The notes under the pieces are model-generated. The model had not been told where the DNA came from and did not search any database. It saw nothing but the letters and a program-made list of their open reading frames with translations. From Schizochytrium sp. TIO01 (taxonomy: Eukaryota > Protista > Bigyra: Labyrinthulomycetes), in NCBI GenBank assembly GCA_004764695.1, contig SMSO01000031.1:1092436-1156435 (forward strand): a DNA stretch of 64,000 nucleotides. Direction: 5' to 3'. Numbering within the stretch: position 1 is the first letter of the stretch; each line of letters begins with the position of its first letter. Both the position numbers and the translations under genes were made by a program. Shown piece by piece: positions 11,630 through 22,596 of this stretch.

Positions 11630-14600
11630 CCTGTCATTTTGCTGATCCAGCAAGTGGTACCTACCTCCCTACTATGCCTGCTGATGAGATCTTCTCGGAT
11701 CTTATTCCGATTCGTAAGCTCATGAAGAAACGAGTGACGTGACGTCTTGCTGCTCGATAGATAACCTAAAGCGGTGGAAGCAGTAGGTTGAACGGCACTT
11801 GGACTCTCGATACGTTGGTGCCTTGATTCCATGGGGGAAATCTTCACTTCAAGACAACCAACTGATCACTTGGTCGGTCAGCCAACCCATAAAAGCATAA
11901 GAGAAGTCAAGGCGTCCTTCGAGTTAGAGGCTTCAACATGATATTGATTCCTCGGCTTGGCAATCCATTTAGATGGATAATCTTAAAGATCGTCTGACTC
12001 AAGTGGTCATCTCAACGACAGATAGTAGGAAATACACCTAAGTACCTGCTAGTAAGGTGGCTGTCTGTCTGTTCGCTCGTTCGCTTGTGGAGGGAGACCT
12101 AGGGGGTGGTAGTGAACTACTAGCAGTGATCGTAGGAGTTCATGGACTTGGGTTCTTGAGGATCCTGGAGCTGATGGTTCTTGGAATTAAGTAATCAATT
12201 CATTCATTCATTCATTCATTCATTAGGACAATAAATCTCAGAGTACCGTGAAACGAGCCAATCGTTGAGGTGTCGCAAACGCTTGAGTCGAACTCTGCAT
12301 GGATTGCTTGCGACAAAATCAAAAGGTGTTTAGGGTCGAGCGTGCCGCAAAGTGCGTTTGTAACTGCGCTGGGGCAGGCAGTTGAGAAGGCGAAGAGCCC
12401 TACACAAGTAACTAGCATATTGAGCAAGAAGACAAGTTGGCTGATGAATGGTAGGTATTTTCAACGAACGAATCCAACTGAGCTGCTACTGCTGCTTACT
12501 TACTCTTGCACTCAGAATGTGAGCATACATGTACGGAGACGGTTAAAATCGTGCGAAGAACCAACGGTTGGCTGTGACTAAGAATGGGAATGCAGCAGCG
12601 TTCCTGATATTGTAACGAACAACCACAATTGTGCCGATTTAGAGATCTGGAGGCACAATGTGTCAAAAAAGCAGTTGACTCAGCTTAAGCTTGTGACGCA
12701 GAGGTGGCATGGTGACGCAGCAAGTGGAGGAGGAGAAGGTGGTCCAAAAGATTACATTGGTGATAATTTTATTGCAGATTACAACACTATTATTACCTGG
12801 TGTGGGTTTTCTATTTATGGACCAAAGCGTAACAGGCAGATCCTATTATGTCGCAAGATGTTGGGATGATCTTTTAGGATGTAGCTACGAAATAAATGAA
12901 CAGAACTCACAATCGAGTTAAAGCACCCGATCACCCTATGTAAGTATTATTGAAGTATTGGTTATTGTTCAATTAGCAGTTAGCGTGGTAGTGAACAGGA
13001 TGCCACCCCTGTGGCGAACATTTGATCTGGTTGAAATTCTTTTCTTTTTTTCTTTTGTTTTACGATTGGACTACAGACTCTCACTGATGCTATGAAATCG
13101 CATTCATAGATTATGTATGATCCCGTTGCAGAAACTTAGCGTTTTTCGTCCAGGTTTTCGCATGATCTTCATCTTCATAAAACATGGTTTGCGAAATATA
13201 TAGAAAACTGTTTGCATGGCAATATTTCGGGCAATAGTGTCAGTTGGCTCAGGGAGTCGCAAACAAAAGGTTGTCAGCCTCAAAGAAGAGGATTATTCTC
13301 TTACAAGCTTTGCGTGAAATCTCGTCATGATAACCATGAATTCCTTGATACAGCGAATCTGCATTACGAGTTTCTATGGTACCTACCCTTGAGTCAGAAC
13401 TGGAGGGGGTAATCAATCAACTTACAACACCCCTTAATTTGTCTGGCCCTTGGTCGTAGGTACGTACATGTCAAGGCAAGCCAATCATAGAAAATGAAGT
13501 GCTTCAAAATCGGTTTCATTTAAAACCTAACTCGCAGTCTGAAGGCATCATCCTCTTTCTGTTAAAAGAAGATACAGCAAAATAAAAGAAAGAAAGAAAA
13601 AAAATATAATAGATTTAAGAAAACACCACTGCTTCACATTTTCCGATTTAGAAAGTATCCGCATTCTGTGGAAGTCTCCTTCCATAATCTTCTTTCTTCT
13701 CTTAAACTTTCCATTACTCAGTTTCTCTTTTATTTATTTTTAAATAAAAAAGATAATCCTCACTGAAAAGGTTTTCTTCCCTCGCATCTCAGGGTGATCT
13801 CTTCCACAGATCCTACCTGTGTTTTCGTTTTTTAGTTTTTTTGTTTTTAGCTTTTTGTTTTTTCATCATTTCGCCATTGCCTCCACCATCTCGTCACAAA
13901 CTACTGTAAATGAAAGCACGTTTTGCACAAAGTCTGAAGAATCCTCCTACGCAATTTCACAGCATTTTTATTTTCTGATTTAGCTAGATTCGCTTCTTCG
14001 GTAAGGCAATCAATCGTCTGGGATCCACATTCACGGCACAAACTTAAACGAGGGCGGCTTCTGATGAAGCGCTGTTTTCCACATTCCAGTCCTCATTCCC
14101 ATCCATGAGGATTGGAAGTCTGGAAAGCAAAGCCAACTACATCTCGCTCGCTCGCGGAGGAGGAGGAGGAGGAGCCGCATTCTCGCTACTAGCGCAGGGT
14201 GGCCCCCGACAAGACAGCGAGCACTACCAGCAAACTGACTGTCTGTCTGTCTGTCTGTCTGTCTGCAATTGCCATGAATGATGCTTCACCGTAAGCACCC
14301 AGAAACCAAGCGCACACCCCCAGTGTTCTCCGAAATGCCGTGAACCGCGCAGCATCTTCAGACGGGCCTCCTGCTCCTCCACCCAGCGCACCCATTCTCC
14401 AGCGCCGCCATTTGCAACGCCTCCAGACGCAAGGCGCCAAGAAGAAAGAATATTACAAACACGCTCGCTCCCACTCCATTCCAGCCAGCACCCACGCACC
14501 CACGCACGCACGCACGAGCTGCTCGGCCGAGTTCTCAAGCAAGCTCCTCTCAAAGCCTCTCTCAACAGCCATGCGCTCCTTCATCAATTAATTCTTCACC

Positions 14601-16310
14601 AATTCTTCGTCTATCTATCTATCCATCCATCGATCGCCCTCAGGAACTGGGATCCCGGAGACCCTCGCAGCGAGAGCCCGGCCGGCGCCTCGTAGCCAAA
14701 AGCCTAGGAGTGCTAGCGAGCCAGCCCCCCTCCTCCTGCTCCTCCTTGCGGGTTCCCAGTTCCTGAGGGACTAGATGCGAAAGGTGGAAATTATGGATGG
14801 GCGCCATTGACAGCAGCAGCAGCAGCAGCAATGCGAACGGAGAAGCCAAACAGCCAAGCAGCCAAGCAGCCAAGCAGGAAGGGCTTGCTCCTCGCGATTT
14901 CCGGCTGCTCGCCCGCTCCCTCCCTCCCTCCCTCAGCTGGCCTGCCTGCCTGCCTGGCCTGGTTGGCTTTGCTGTAAGACCAGGGCGGATTTCGAGGATG
15001 GCGGGCTTACAGGCATGTACGCACGTATGTGCTCAATCGCTCGATGAGACGATGAGACGATGAGACGATCAGACAGTCAGACAGTCAGTCGCTCGAAGTG
15101 GCGGGAGGGGGTTCTGGAGGGTGGAGCAGATGGGTAGATGGATAGATTTGATAGGTTGATGATGATATACGTAGCGAAGGTTCGCGGCGGTGGAGCTTGA
15201 AGAACTTGAAGCGATGCTCGATGGCAGAGAAGGGAGGAAAGCGAGGAAGGACGAAGACCCGCTGCGACTGAGACGCATCTGAAAAGAGTCGAGAAGTGGG
15301 AAACGCTCGCGTTTCGGAGAAGCGTGGCACCCTTGCCAAATTGCCAAGGCCGAGGCCAGGCCGAGGAAAGCTAGCGTGCTCCCACGCGGCCAGCACTCCG
15401 TCTACAATGTCCCGCCCAGCCGAGAACCAAGGAGCATGACGTCCTTGTTTACTTGAGGAAACTGCTGTGGAGAAGATGGAGAGCGAATAGCTGCCTGGCG
15501 CTCTGATGAATCCTGAGTTCCAGAGGATGCTCCACAACTTTATATGAGACTCCATTGCATTCATTCTCTCAACTTCAGGGAAGTGGACACGAGGACTCGA
15601 GGCCGCGCTTAGTGACTGATTCTCCTCTGACCTGGAAAGGCAGCCAAGTCGCCCCCGATTTACTCGAACTTGGGTATCTTACTGATGCAACGGTGAGCGC
15701 TGCGAGGGACCATGGCATGGCAACGTTCGCCTCGGAAAGTGGCCAGCAAAGGATGAGTGAAATGCCGGCCTGGGCGGGGCGCTGGGGTTGGCGAGGAGCT
15801 CTCGCCCTGTCCCAAGCCTGGCTCCCGGGCAGTTCAGTCCCAAGTGGATTCAAGCTGGCGCATTTATCAGCGCAAGTCTTGACCTTCGCGTGGGCGAGGT
15901 CAGCGACACCAAGCGAAGTCGAACGCAGTGCGTGGCCAGCGCAGCGCCTCTGATATCAGCCAGCCAGTGGACTCCGAGGCCGAGACCCTGCTTCGGAGGT
16001 CCCGGTCTCTGCTTTGTCCTCGTAGGGGGGGATGCATCTTTGCAGGCTCTGAATTCGCAGGCTCTGTAGTGCTGATTCTCGCAAGTGCTCAAGGCGATCA
16101 ATGACTGTTCAGCTTGATCGGCCCTGGACGACTCCGGATGCTGGTCACTAGGCTGAATTGGCCGCGTGCCTGCTCTTTGCTAGATACGCCCGAGGCGCGA
16201 CTCTTGGCGATTTGACAACCCAGTACAGCCCTCAGTGAGGACTACGAAACAAAACACAATCGCCTCAAATGTAGCTGAATTGGAAAATGACCATCTCTTG
16301 AATACATATA

Positions 16311-16521
16311 TAGTGCGCAGTGTGTACGACCATGATCTGTTGTAGTAACGTGCGGCTTTTCTGAATGGTAGTTTATGCAGGCGGAGTTCATTCAGGTATT
16401 CTGGGCAGTCGTCTACATACTTAGTGCGCAGTGTGTACCATCATGACCTGTTGTAGTAACGTGCGGCTTTTCTGAATGGTAGTTTATGCAGGCGGGGTTC
16501 ATTCAGGCATTCTGGGCAGTC
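16311..16521. repeat. tandem duplication with 111-bp period (two ~100-bp copies, ~95% identical)
   Basis: 16311-16410 vs 16422-16521, about 5 substitutions counted by eye. Confidence 0.95.
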
Positions 16522-17610
16522 CCATGAATTCCTTCCTCCGCCAAAGTCGCAAAGCTCAATGTCAAGAGATAATCTATATATGGGACCGGGGTATACTAGG
16601 TATTGACGAGTGGTCATTAGTCACGCCTTTTTATAGCCCCCTTAACACTCAATCAGCTCCTGATGTCTCGACCTTGAGCTGCGATAAAACATCATGCCAG
16701 TCCAACGCTTGAGTCATCCGCGGCTTGTTAAGTTGAGCTGTCTTCACTAAATTCCTTTGCAATTCATCTTTGCATTGATGTGCTAGAAAACAGTTTTAAT
16801 GGAGTGGAGAGAACTCTAGGTCTGCTTGCCAATTCATATCTCACTTGATGAACTTTGACCTGTGATTGCTTAAGCTTCATTTGCGGCCTTCTGCCTGTAT
16901 GGCAGTTACTCTGCATATGCTGAAAAGGCGTTTGCTGAGTTGGCTTAAGACTTTGTGTCAGTAGTATCTGTATTTCCTTCACGTATGCCCAGTTGAGATT
17001 GCTTGAACTTGATTGAAACCTTCGTCTTGTAATATAATTATCAAACGCATACCGGGTGGCTTTAATCTGCTCCGGTTCACCATTTTTCATACCTGTAAAT
17101 CCTGGCCAACATAGTGAAACAGATCCCTACCACGGCAACCAATTGTTATGATATAGAAAAGATCTGCCAGAATTCAACATCGACGTTTCAGTCTGTATCC
17201 TAAAATATCCGTATGCGTTATCCACTCTTGAGGTCCAACTTGCTTTGAGTCAAAAAGAAATAATAGGGCGGATAATGATCTGTGGTAGTAGCCTAGCGGA
17301 GATGGACCTCAGATCAGCTATGAAATAAGAAGAGCTTTTTCCACGCTCTCTTTTTTGATTCGACAAAAATGGCAATTTTTTGCGAACTATCCCGCATCTG
17401 GGAAAAACAACAAAAGAACATATCTGATAAAAGAAGCTACCGTACTTGCTGTTTCACTACCAACTAATTGTATGGCTTAGACGACCTTGAGATAATTTTA
17501 TACTTGAGAATGAATGTGATATACTATGTACCCACTTCTTCATCTTTTTTTGAGAAATTTGTTTCATAGAAGAGAAAAAAGCGAGCACCAAGAGTGCTGC
17601 GTCCTTTGGA

Positions 17611-17641
<31 letters not shown>

Positions 17642-18361
17642 ACAAAGATCAAAAATGACAACACAATAAAGATGGAATCTTGAAAGCCAACCTAGATCAT
17701 TCATGTCCATGCATGCATAGGTACATCTAATGCAATGTAATGTATTGCTTGCCAGCATTCAATCAAATCGACATATATATTATAATAATAATCGATGAAT
17801 AGTCTATTCAGAAAATAGACCAAAGATGAAGAAACATATGACTCTCACGCCAGGCCTGACATGTTCTCAAATTCAGAAAGCCGCCGATTCTTAATACTAT
17901 CCACAAATTTTCGCTTAGCCACAGTTGACAATGGTCCTCAGACACATATCCTGTTCTATCGATGAGGATATTTCGTGTTTTGTCAATTCTATCGTAGAGA
18001 AGCATTTGCATTCTTTGACATAGTTGCCTCAAGCAAAGTTGCCAACTTGAATTTAACCAAATCAGCAGTAGTAGAAAATACTTTGCCGAAAAGATGTTTG
18101 GCTCTTCAATTGTTGTCCACAATCTCTGAAGGATGATTCGGAAAATTAAGTCAAAAATGTCTAAAGTTTCTGTTGTTCTTGTTTATGGCATACGAGAGAA
18201 TTTAGGGAAAAGCGGGCTCTTGCTGCGTACTATTAACGGATACGTTTCGGATATGGACCAACGAAGGACACCCCGCGTTTAAGTTGCGGGAGCTGCTGCG
18301 TTGCACAGAGGGTAGTGTTTTGAATGTGTGAAGCGAAAACTTATTATCGTGTCACAATTAT

Positions 18362-19879
18362 TTACTCCTCCTTGGACGGAGCTGGTGCCGCAGAGGCGCC
18401 CTCGGCGCCACCACCCTGAGCCTTACGCGGCCAGTAGGTGTCACGAAGCTTGGCAGGAATCTTCTTAAGAGCATCCTTGGGGAACAAACGGAGGAGATCC
18501 CAAGCAAGGTCGAGGGACTCGTAAATGTCACGAGACTCGTACGAGCCCTGGGCAAGGAACTTGCGCTCGAAGTTATCAGTGAACTGAAGGTACTTGAGAT
18601 CCTCACTGCTGAGAGCATCCTCACCAACGACGGCCTTCATAGCCAAAACATCCTTACCCATGGCGTAGTTAGCGTAGAGCTGGTTAGCCACAGACCAGTG
18701 ATCAGCACGGGTCATGCCCTCACCAACAGCGGACTTCATCAAACGCGAGAGAGAAGGAAGCAAGTTGATGGGCGGGTACACCTGCGCGTTCTGGAGAGCA
18801 CGGTCGACGTAGATCTGACCCTCGGTAATGTATCCAGTAAGATCGGGAATCGGGTGAGTGATATCGTCGTTGGGCATAGTCAACACAGGGAGCTGAGTAA
18901 TGGATCCGTTGCGGCCCTCGACACGGCCAGCACGCTCATAAAGACAGGCAAGATCGGTGTACATGTAACCCGGGTAACCACGGCGACCGGGCACCTCTTC
19001 ACGAGCGGCGGAAACCTCACGAAGGGAGTCAGCGTAGGAACTCATGTCAGTAAGAATGACAAGCACGTGCAACTCGCGCTCGTAAGCAAGGTACTCGGCG
19101 GTGGTAAGAGCCAAACGGGGCGTAATAATACGCTCAATAGTGGGATCGTTTGCCAAGTTGAGGAAGAGCGCGGTACGGGAAATTGCACCACTCTCAGTGA
19201 AATCGTTGCGGAAGTAACGGGCAGTCTCCATGTTCACACCCATGGCACCAAAGACCACAGCAAAGTTATCATCGTGGTGATCTGTGACGTCCTTACCCTG
19301 GACAAGACCAGCCTGACGAGCGATCTGGGCAGCAATTTCGTTGTGCGGAAGACCAGCGGCAGAGAAGAGGGGAATCTTTTGACCACGAGCAATGGAGTTC
19401 ATGGTATCAACAGCACTAATACCAGTCTGGATCATCTCCTTAGGGTATGTACGAGCGAACGGGTTGATGGCCTTACCGTTAATGTCGAGGTAGTTCTCGG
19501 CAAGAACGGGCGGGGCGTTGTCAATGGCGCGACCGGAACCGTTGAAAGCACGACCCAACATCTCCTCACTGATAGGCATCTTCTGCACAGCACCAGTGAA
19601 CTCAGCGTGAGTAGCACGGTTATCGATTCCAGAGGTACCCTCAAAGACCTGCACGACGGCACGAGAGCCGTAGATCTCAAGCACCTGTCCCTGGCGCTGC
19701 TCGCCGTTGCCGAGCGTCAGGTTTACGATCTCATTGTACAGTGGTGACTTGACGTTCTCCAAAACCACCAGAGGACCGTTTACTGCAGAAATGGTACCAT
19801 AGTTCACACGGGGGGCCACACGGTAGTCACGCACCGCAGCGGCGGCGTTCACATTCGCAAGAGCTGCATCCGACATCAT
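18362..19879 (-). CDS. VMA2: V-type H+-ATPase subunit B (505 aa)
   Basis: Hallmark motifs: [99 protein letters not shown]. Codon bias is strong. The start is placed at ATG 19879 (the ORF track's TTG lies upstream of a cag acceptor). Confidence 0.98.
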   Translation of the reverse strand: MMSDAALANVNAAAAVRDYRVAPRVNYGTISAVNGPLVVLENVKSPLYNEIVNLTLGNGEQRQGQVLEIYGSRAVVQVFEGTSGIDNRATHAEFTGAVQKMPISEEMLGRAFNGSGRAIDNAPPVLAENYLDINGKAINPFARTYPKEMIQTGISAVDTMNSIARGQKIPLFSAAGLPHNEIAAQIARQAGLVQGKDVTDHHDDNFAVVFGAMGVNMETARYFRNDFTESGAISRTALFLNLANDPTIERIITPRLALTTAEYLAYERELHVLVILTDMSSYADSLREVSAAREEVPGRRGYPGYMYTDLACLYERAGRVEGRNGSITQLPVLTMPNDDITHPIPDLTGYITEGQIYVDRALQNAQVYPPINLLPSLSRLMKSAVGEGMTRADHWSVANQLYANYAMGKDVLAMKAVVGEDALSSEDLKYLQFTDNFERKFLAQGSYESRDIYESLDLAWDLLRLFPKDALKKIPAKLRDTYWPRKAQGGGAEGASAAPAPSKEE

Positions 19880-19884
19880 CTTGC

Positions 19885-20550
19885 CTGCGCATTCGACATA
19901 ATCAAACAATTAATAGAAATAGCACATAATTCAGCATCAAGAGATATGGTTCAATCGTAGATTATCCATTGAGTTAGTTCACCATCGCTCAACCTTGCAT
20001 TCCTCACCCGCACAGTCATTTATTTATTCATCATCAGAGTTGTCCTTCTATCCCCACACCCCAACTAATAAACCCCAGTTCTTCCGCACAAAATTGTATA
20101 AGAACCTTGTTTCAATCCGGGGAAAGAATATCCCATGCCCATACATTCCATCGAGTTTATTTCCGAACCCTTAAACCCATGCAGACCCGCGCGAAGCAAT
20201 TTCTACATCGATATTTGCAGATGGATACATGTCAAGCAAGAAGTTGGATACTTGCCTAGTCCTATAGAATTGCATAGATGCACAATAAGAGTCTCTCCGC
20301 ATACGTATCTATCTCTAACTATGTATCTAGGTATCTTCTATCGACTGCGCAGCGGCTCCTCGTTCACGTTCCCAGCCACGCATGGCTCCTCAGCGGCCAC
20401 AACGGAGCCATCCATACGCGACCATGGCTTCGCGCGCGAAGGCAGACATGTCGTGTTGTCTGTGCCTGAGTATAGTCCGGATGGATAGATTCAAGAAATA
20501 GTTGATAGAGTGACGATGACTGAGTGAGTCCTCTGCGTGTTTGGACTTAC
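19885..20550 (-). other. probable 666-nt spliceosomal intron in the V-ATPase B 5' UTR
   Basis: Donor aag|GTAAGT at 20550 and acceptor gcgCAG|gcaagATG at 19885. The visible upstream exon has no ATG. Confidence 0.65.
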
Positions 20551-21049
20551 CTTTGCTTTACTTTTTCTTCGCGGCCTGGCGCTGGCGGCGAAGAACAGGT
20601 TCGATGACGAAGACGAAGGCTACAAGCAGGCGGTGGCGTTCGCAGTCTCTCTCCGCGCAAGCAGGCAGCGGCGCTGAGTTGGATCCTTCGCCTGCTTTCA
20701 AAGCGAGAGCTGATAGAGGATTATTGTCTCCTTTTCCTTCCACGCCGCTTCTCTACCCCGTCCTATAGTTTCCTCTAACCTCCCCTAACCACGCCGTCTT
20801 TCAATTAAAATACGCCAATAGCTACTAACTACAGCTAGCATTTAACATATCATCAAACATCCAGTGTAGCCGAGAGAGAGGGAAAGATAGAAGTTTTATT
20901 TTAAGACGCGAGGCAGCGTAGTTTATTTATCAGTAGGGGTCTACCAGTGTAAAGGTTAGAGTGGTCGATTTATGGACGCGAAAGGATTTTTCGGGGTAGT
21001 TTCAAATAAGGGGAGAGAAACATTTTAAGACATATGGTGCTGTGTATTT

Positions 21050-21960
21050 TATTAGGTGGAAAAGGTTCTGCGCCTCAAGGAGAAGGGCCTTAAAAGAGGC
21101 AGCGCGGAACAAGAGAAGAACGCGGTATTTAAGGCGGATAGAAAGCTATGGCTCAAGGCCACTTCTGCATAAGTGAGGTTGTGATTATTGTGATGGAGAA
21201 CTTGAAGATTAGATATGCATGCGAGAAGGAGACAATTCTGGGTTCTAAGGATGGTTTGTAAGTGGAATGCAAAATGTGAGATGCGGATATAAGTTGGGGC
21301 TGAATCTGGCGCTTTGATGTGCACAAGGGGAAAATGGAAGAGGTATTTTCTGAGAATGGAAAATTCAAGGATACGATTGCAAAGTGAGTGAGTGTACCTT
21401 CTACGTACCATGGTGAGATAGGGTCTGCAAAGAATGGTAAAGGGGTATTGACGAATGGTGTATAGCTGTAAGAATAAATGTACATAAGGTACAATGTGTA
21501 CAGATGTTGTTGAATATATTCAAGAATTTGAAACATTGCACGAGTAAATAGATGAGAAGGCACTCCGCTTTTTTAATAAGTAAGGGAAACCCTGTTGTTT
21601 CACAAAGTAATTTCGTCAGACAAAAGAAAGCTTTGAAGAAAGTTGATGTCGAGCATGTGAGGTTAAAGCAGACAGTGCAATATTTCAACACAACTTCTTG
21701 GTGCTGCAGAAAATGCTATCTCAACGACACAGACATACATAGTCACACATATAGCTTCTTGATGGCGGCATTACCAAGAATAAAGAATATACCAAAACGA
21801 TACTATGCAATATGTGGTGTTTATTGTGGCCCGAACCTCTGTTGCTTGGTATCAAGCACGCGGGAATGTAATGGTATGGATCAAGAGGAGAATACCTGAA
21901 GGTTGACAAGACTAATTCAAGTGTACAAGAAGACGCAGGTAGCACAAGAGAGCAGCGGTG
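21050..21960 (+). pseudogene. decayed coding relic, possibly retrotransposon gag-like
   Basis: Purine-rich stop-riddled frames, e.g. VEKVLRLKEKGLKRGSAEQEKNAVFKADRKLWLKA and TDVVEYIQEFETLHE*IDEKALRFF. The latter resembles the Ty3/gypsy gag V-x-E-Y-x-x-E-F-x-x-L motif. Confidence 0.3.
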
Positions 21961-22086
21961 ACTCTAGCCGACCAATGCAACATTTAACATCATTGGTTAC
22001 CGCGCACTAAAAACGTATTCAGGACATTTAACTTTGATTAATTGATTTGCACATAGGTATGTTTTAAAGAAAGGTTCAGAGATTAT

Positions 22087-22596
22087 TTAGATCTCACAGA
22101 TCTGCAGGAGCTGACCAATGCACTTACCCCAGTAGTACGTGCGAAGAGTATTAAGAAGCTGGTTGACTCCAAACATGTAGAGCACGATGTAAATCATGCG
22201 AAGCTTGAGGTACTTGGCACCCTGAGCAAGCATGACCTGAGGGCTCACATCACGAGAGCGAGCGATGAGCATTGCCGCAGCAAAGAGCGGAAAGCTTTCG
22301 AGAGAGTTGAGATGTGCGCCAGAGCAACGCTTGATGGTGCTGCCAAGGAGTCCATCATATGTCTCGGCACGAGGCGTGTCGTTGTTGTAGGTTAGGAACC
22401 CCTTGGAAAGGAGTTTGCAGCTAAATCCTGCAAAGTGAGGAATATACGCCTGCATAAACGCAAGTGGGATCAAGGTCATGGCCAAGAAGTACTTATCTTC
22501 GGCACTGCGCATCATGACCGCCTGAACACGCTCCTGAAGAGGAGCAGGCAGCTTCTGCATGACCTCAATGGCCCAGCTGGGAACAGAGACGGACAT
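22087..22596 (-). CDS. MAPEG family membrane protein (microsomal GST-like), 169 aa
   Basis: NNDTPR...KRCSGAHLNSLESFPLFAAAMLIA...LRMIYIVLYMFG...LRTYYW fits the MAPEG pattern (R-x3-AHxNxxE, RxxY, LRx). The first ATG is at 22596. Confidence 0.85.
   Translation of the reverse strand: MSVSVPSWAIEVMQKLPAPLQERVQAVMMRSAEDKYFLAMTLIPLAFMQAYIPHFAGFSCKLLSKGFLTYNNDTPRAETYDGLLGSTIKRCSGAHLNSLESFPLFAAAMLIARSRDVSPQVMLAQGAKYLKLRMIYIVLYMFGVNQLLNTLRTYYWGKCIGQLLQICEI

Noticed and set aside
11678-11750. Hammerhead ribozyme core (CTGATGA...GAAA); also considered at 14061
   Set aside because: Stem II does not close onto GAAA, and stems I/III with a cleavage triplet cannot be formed.
17930-18010. KTRNILIDRTGYV (minus strand) resembling kinase subdomain VIb-VII
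   Set aside because: No HRD before it and no DFG after it.
18698-19747. 349-aa + strand ORF
   Set aside because: Antisense shadow of the codon-biased V-ATPase B gene.
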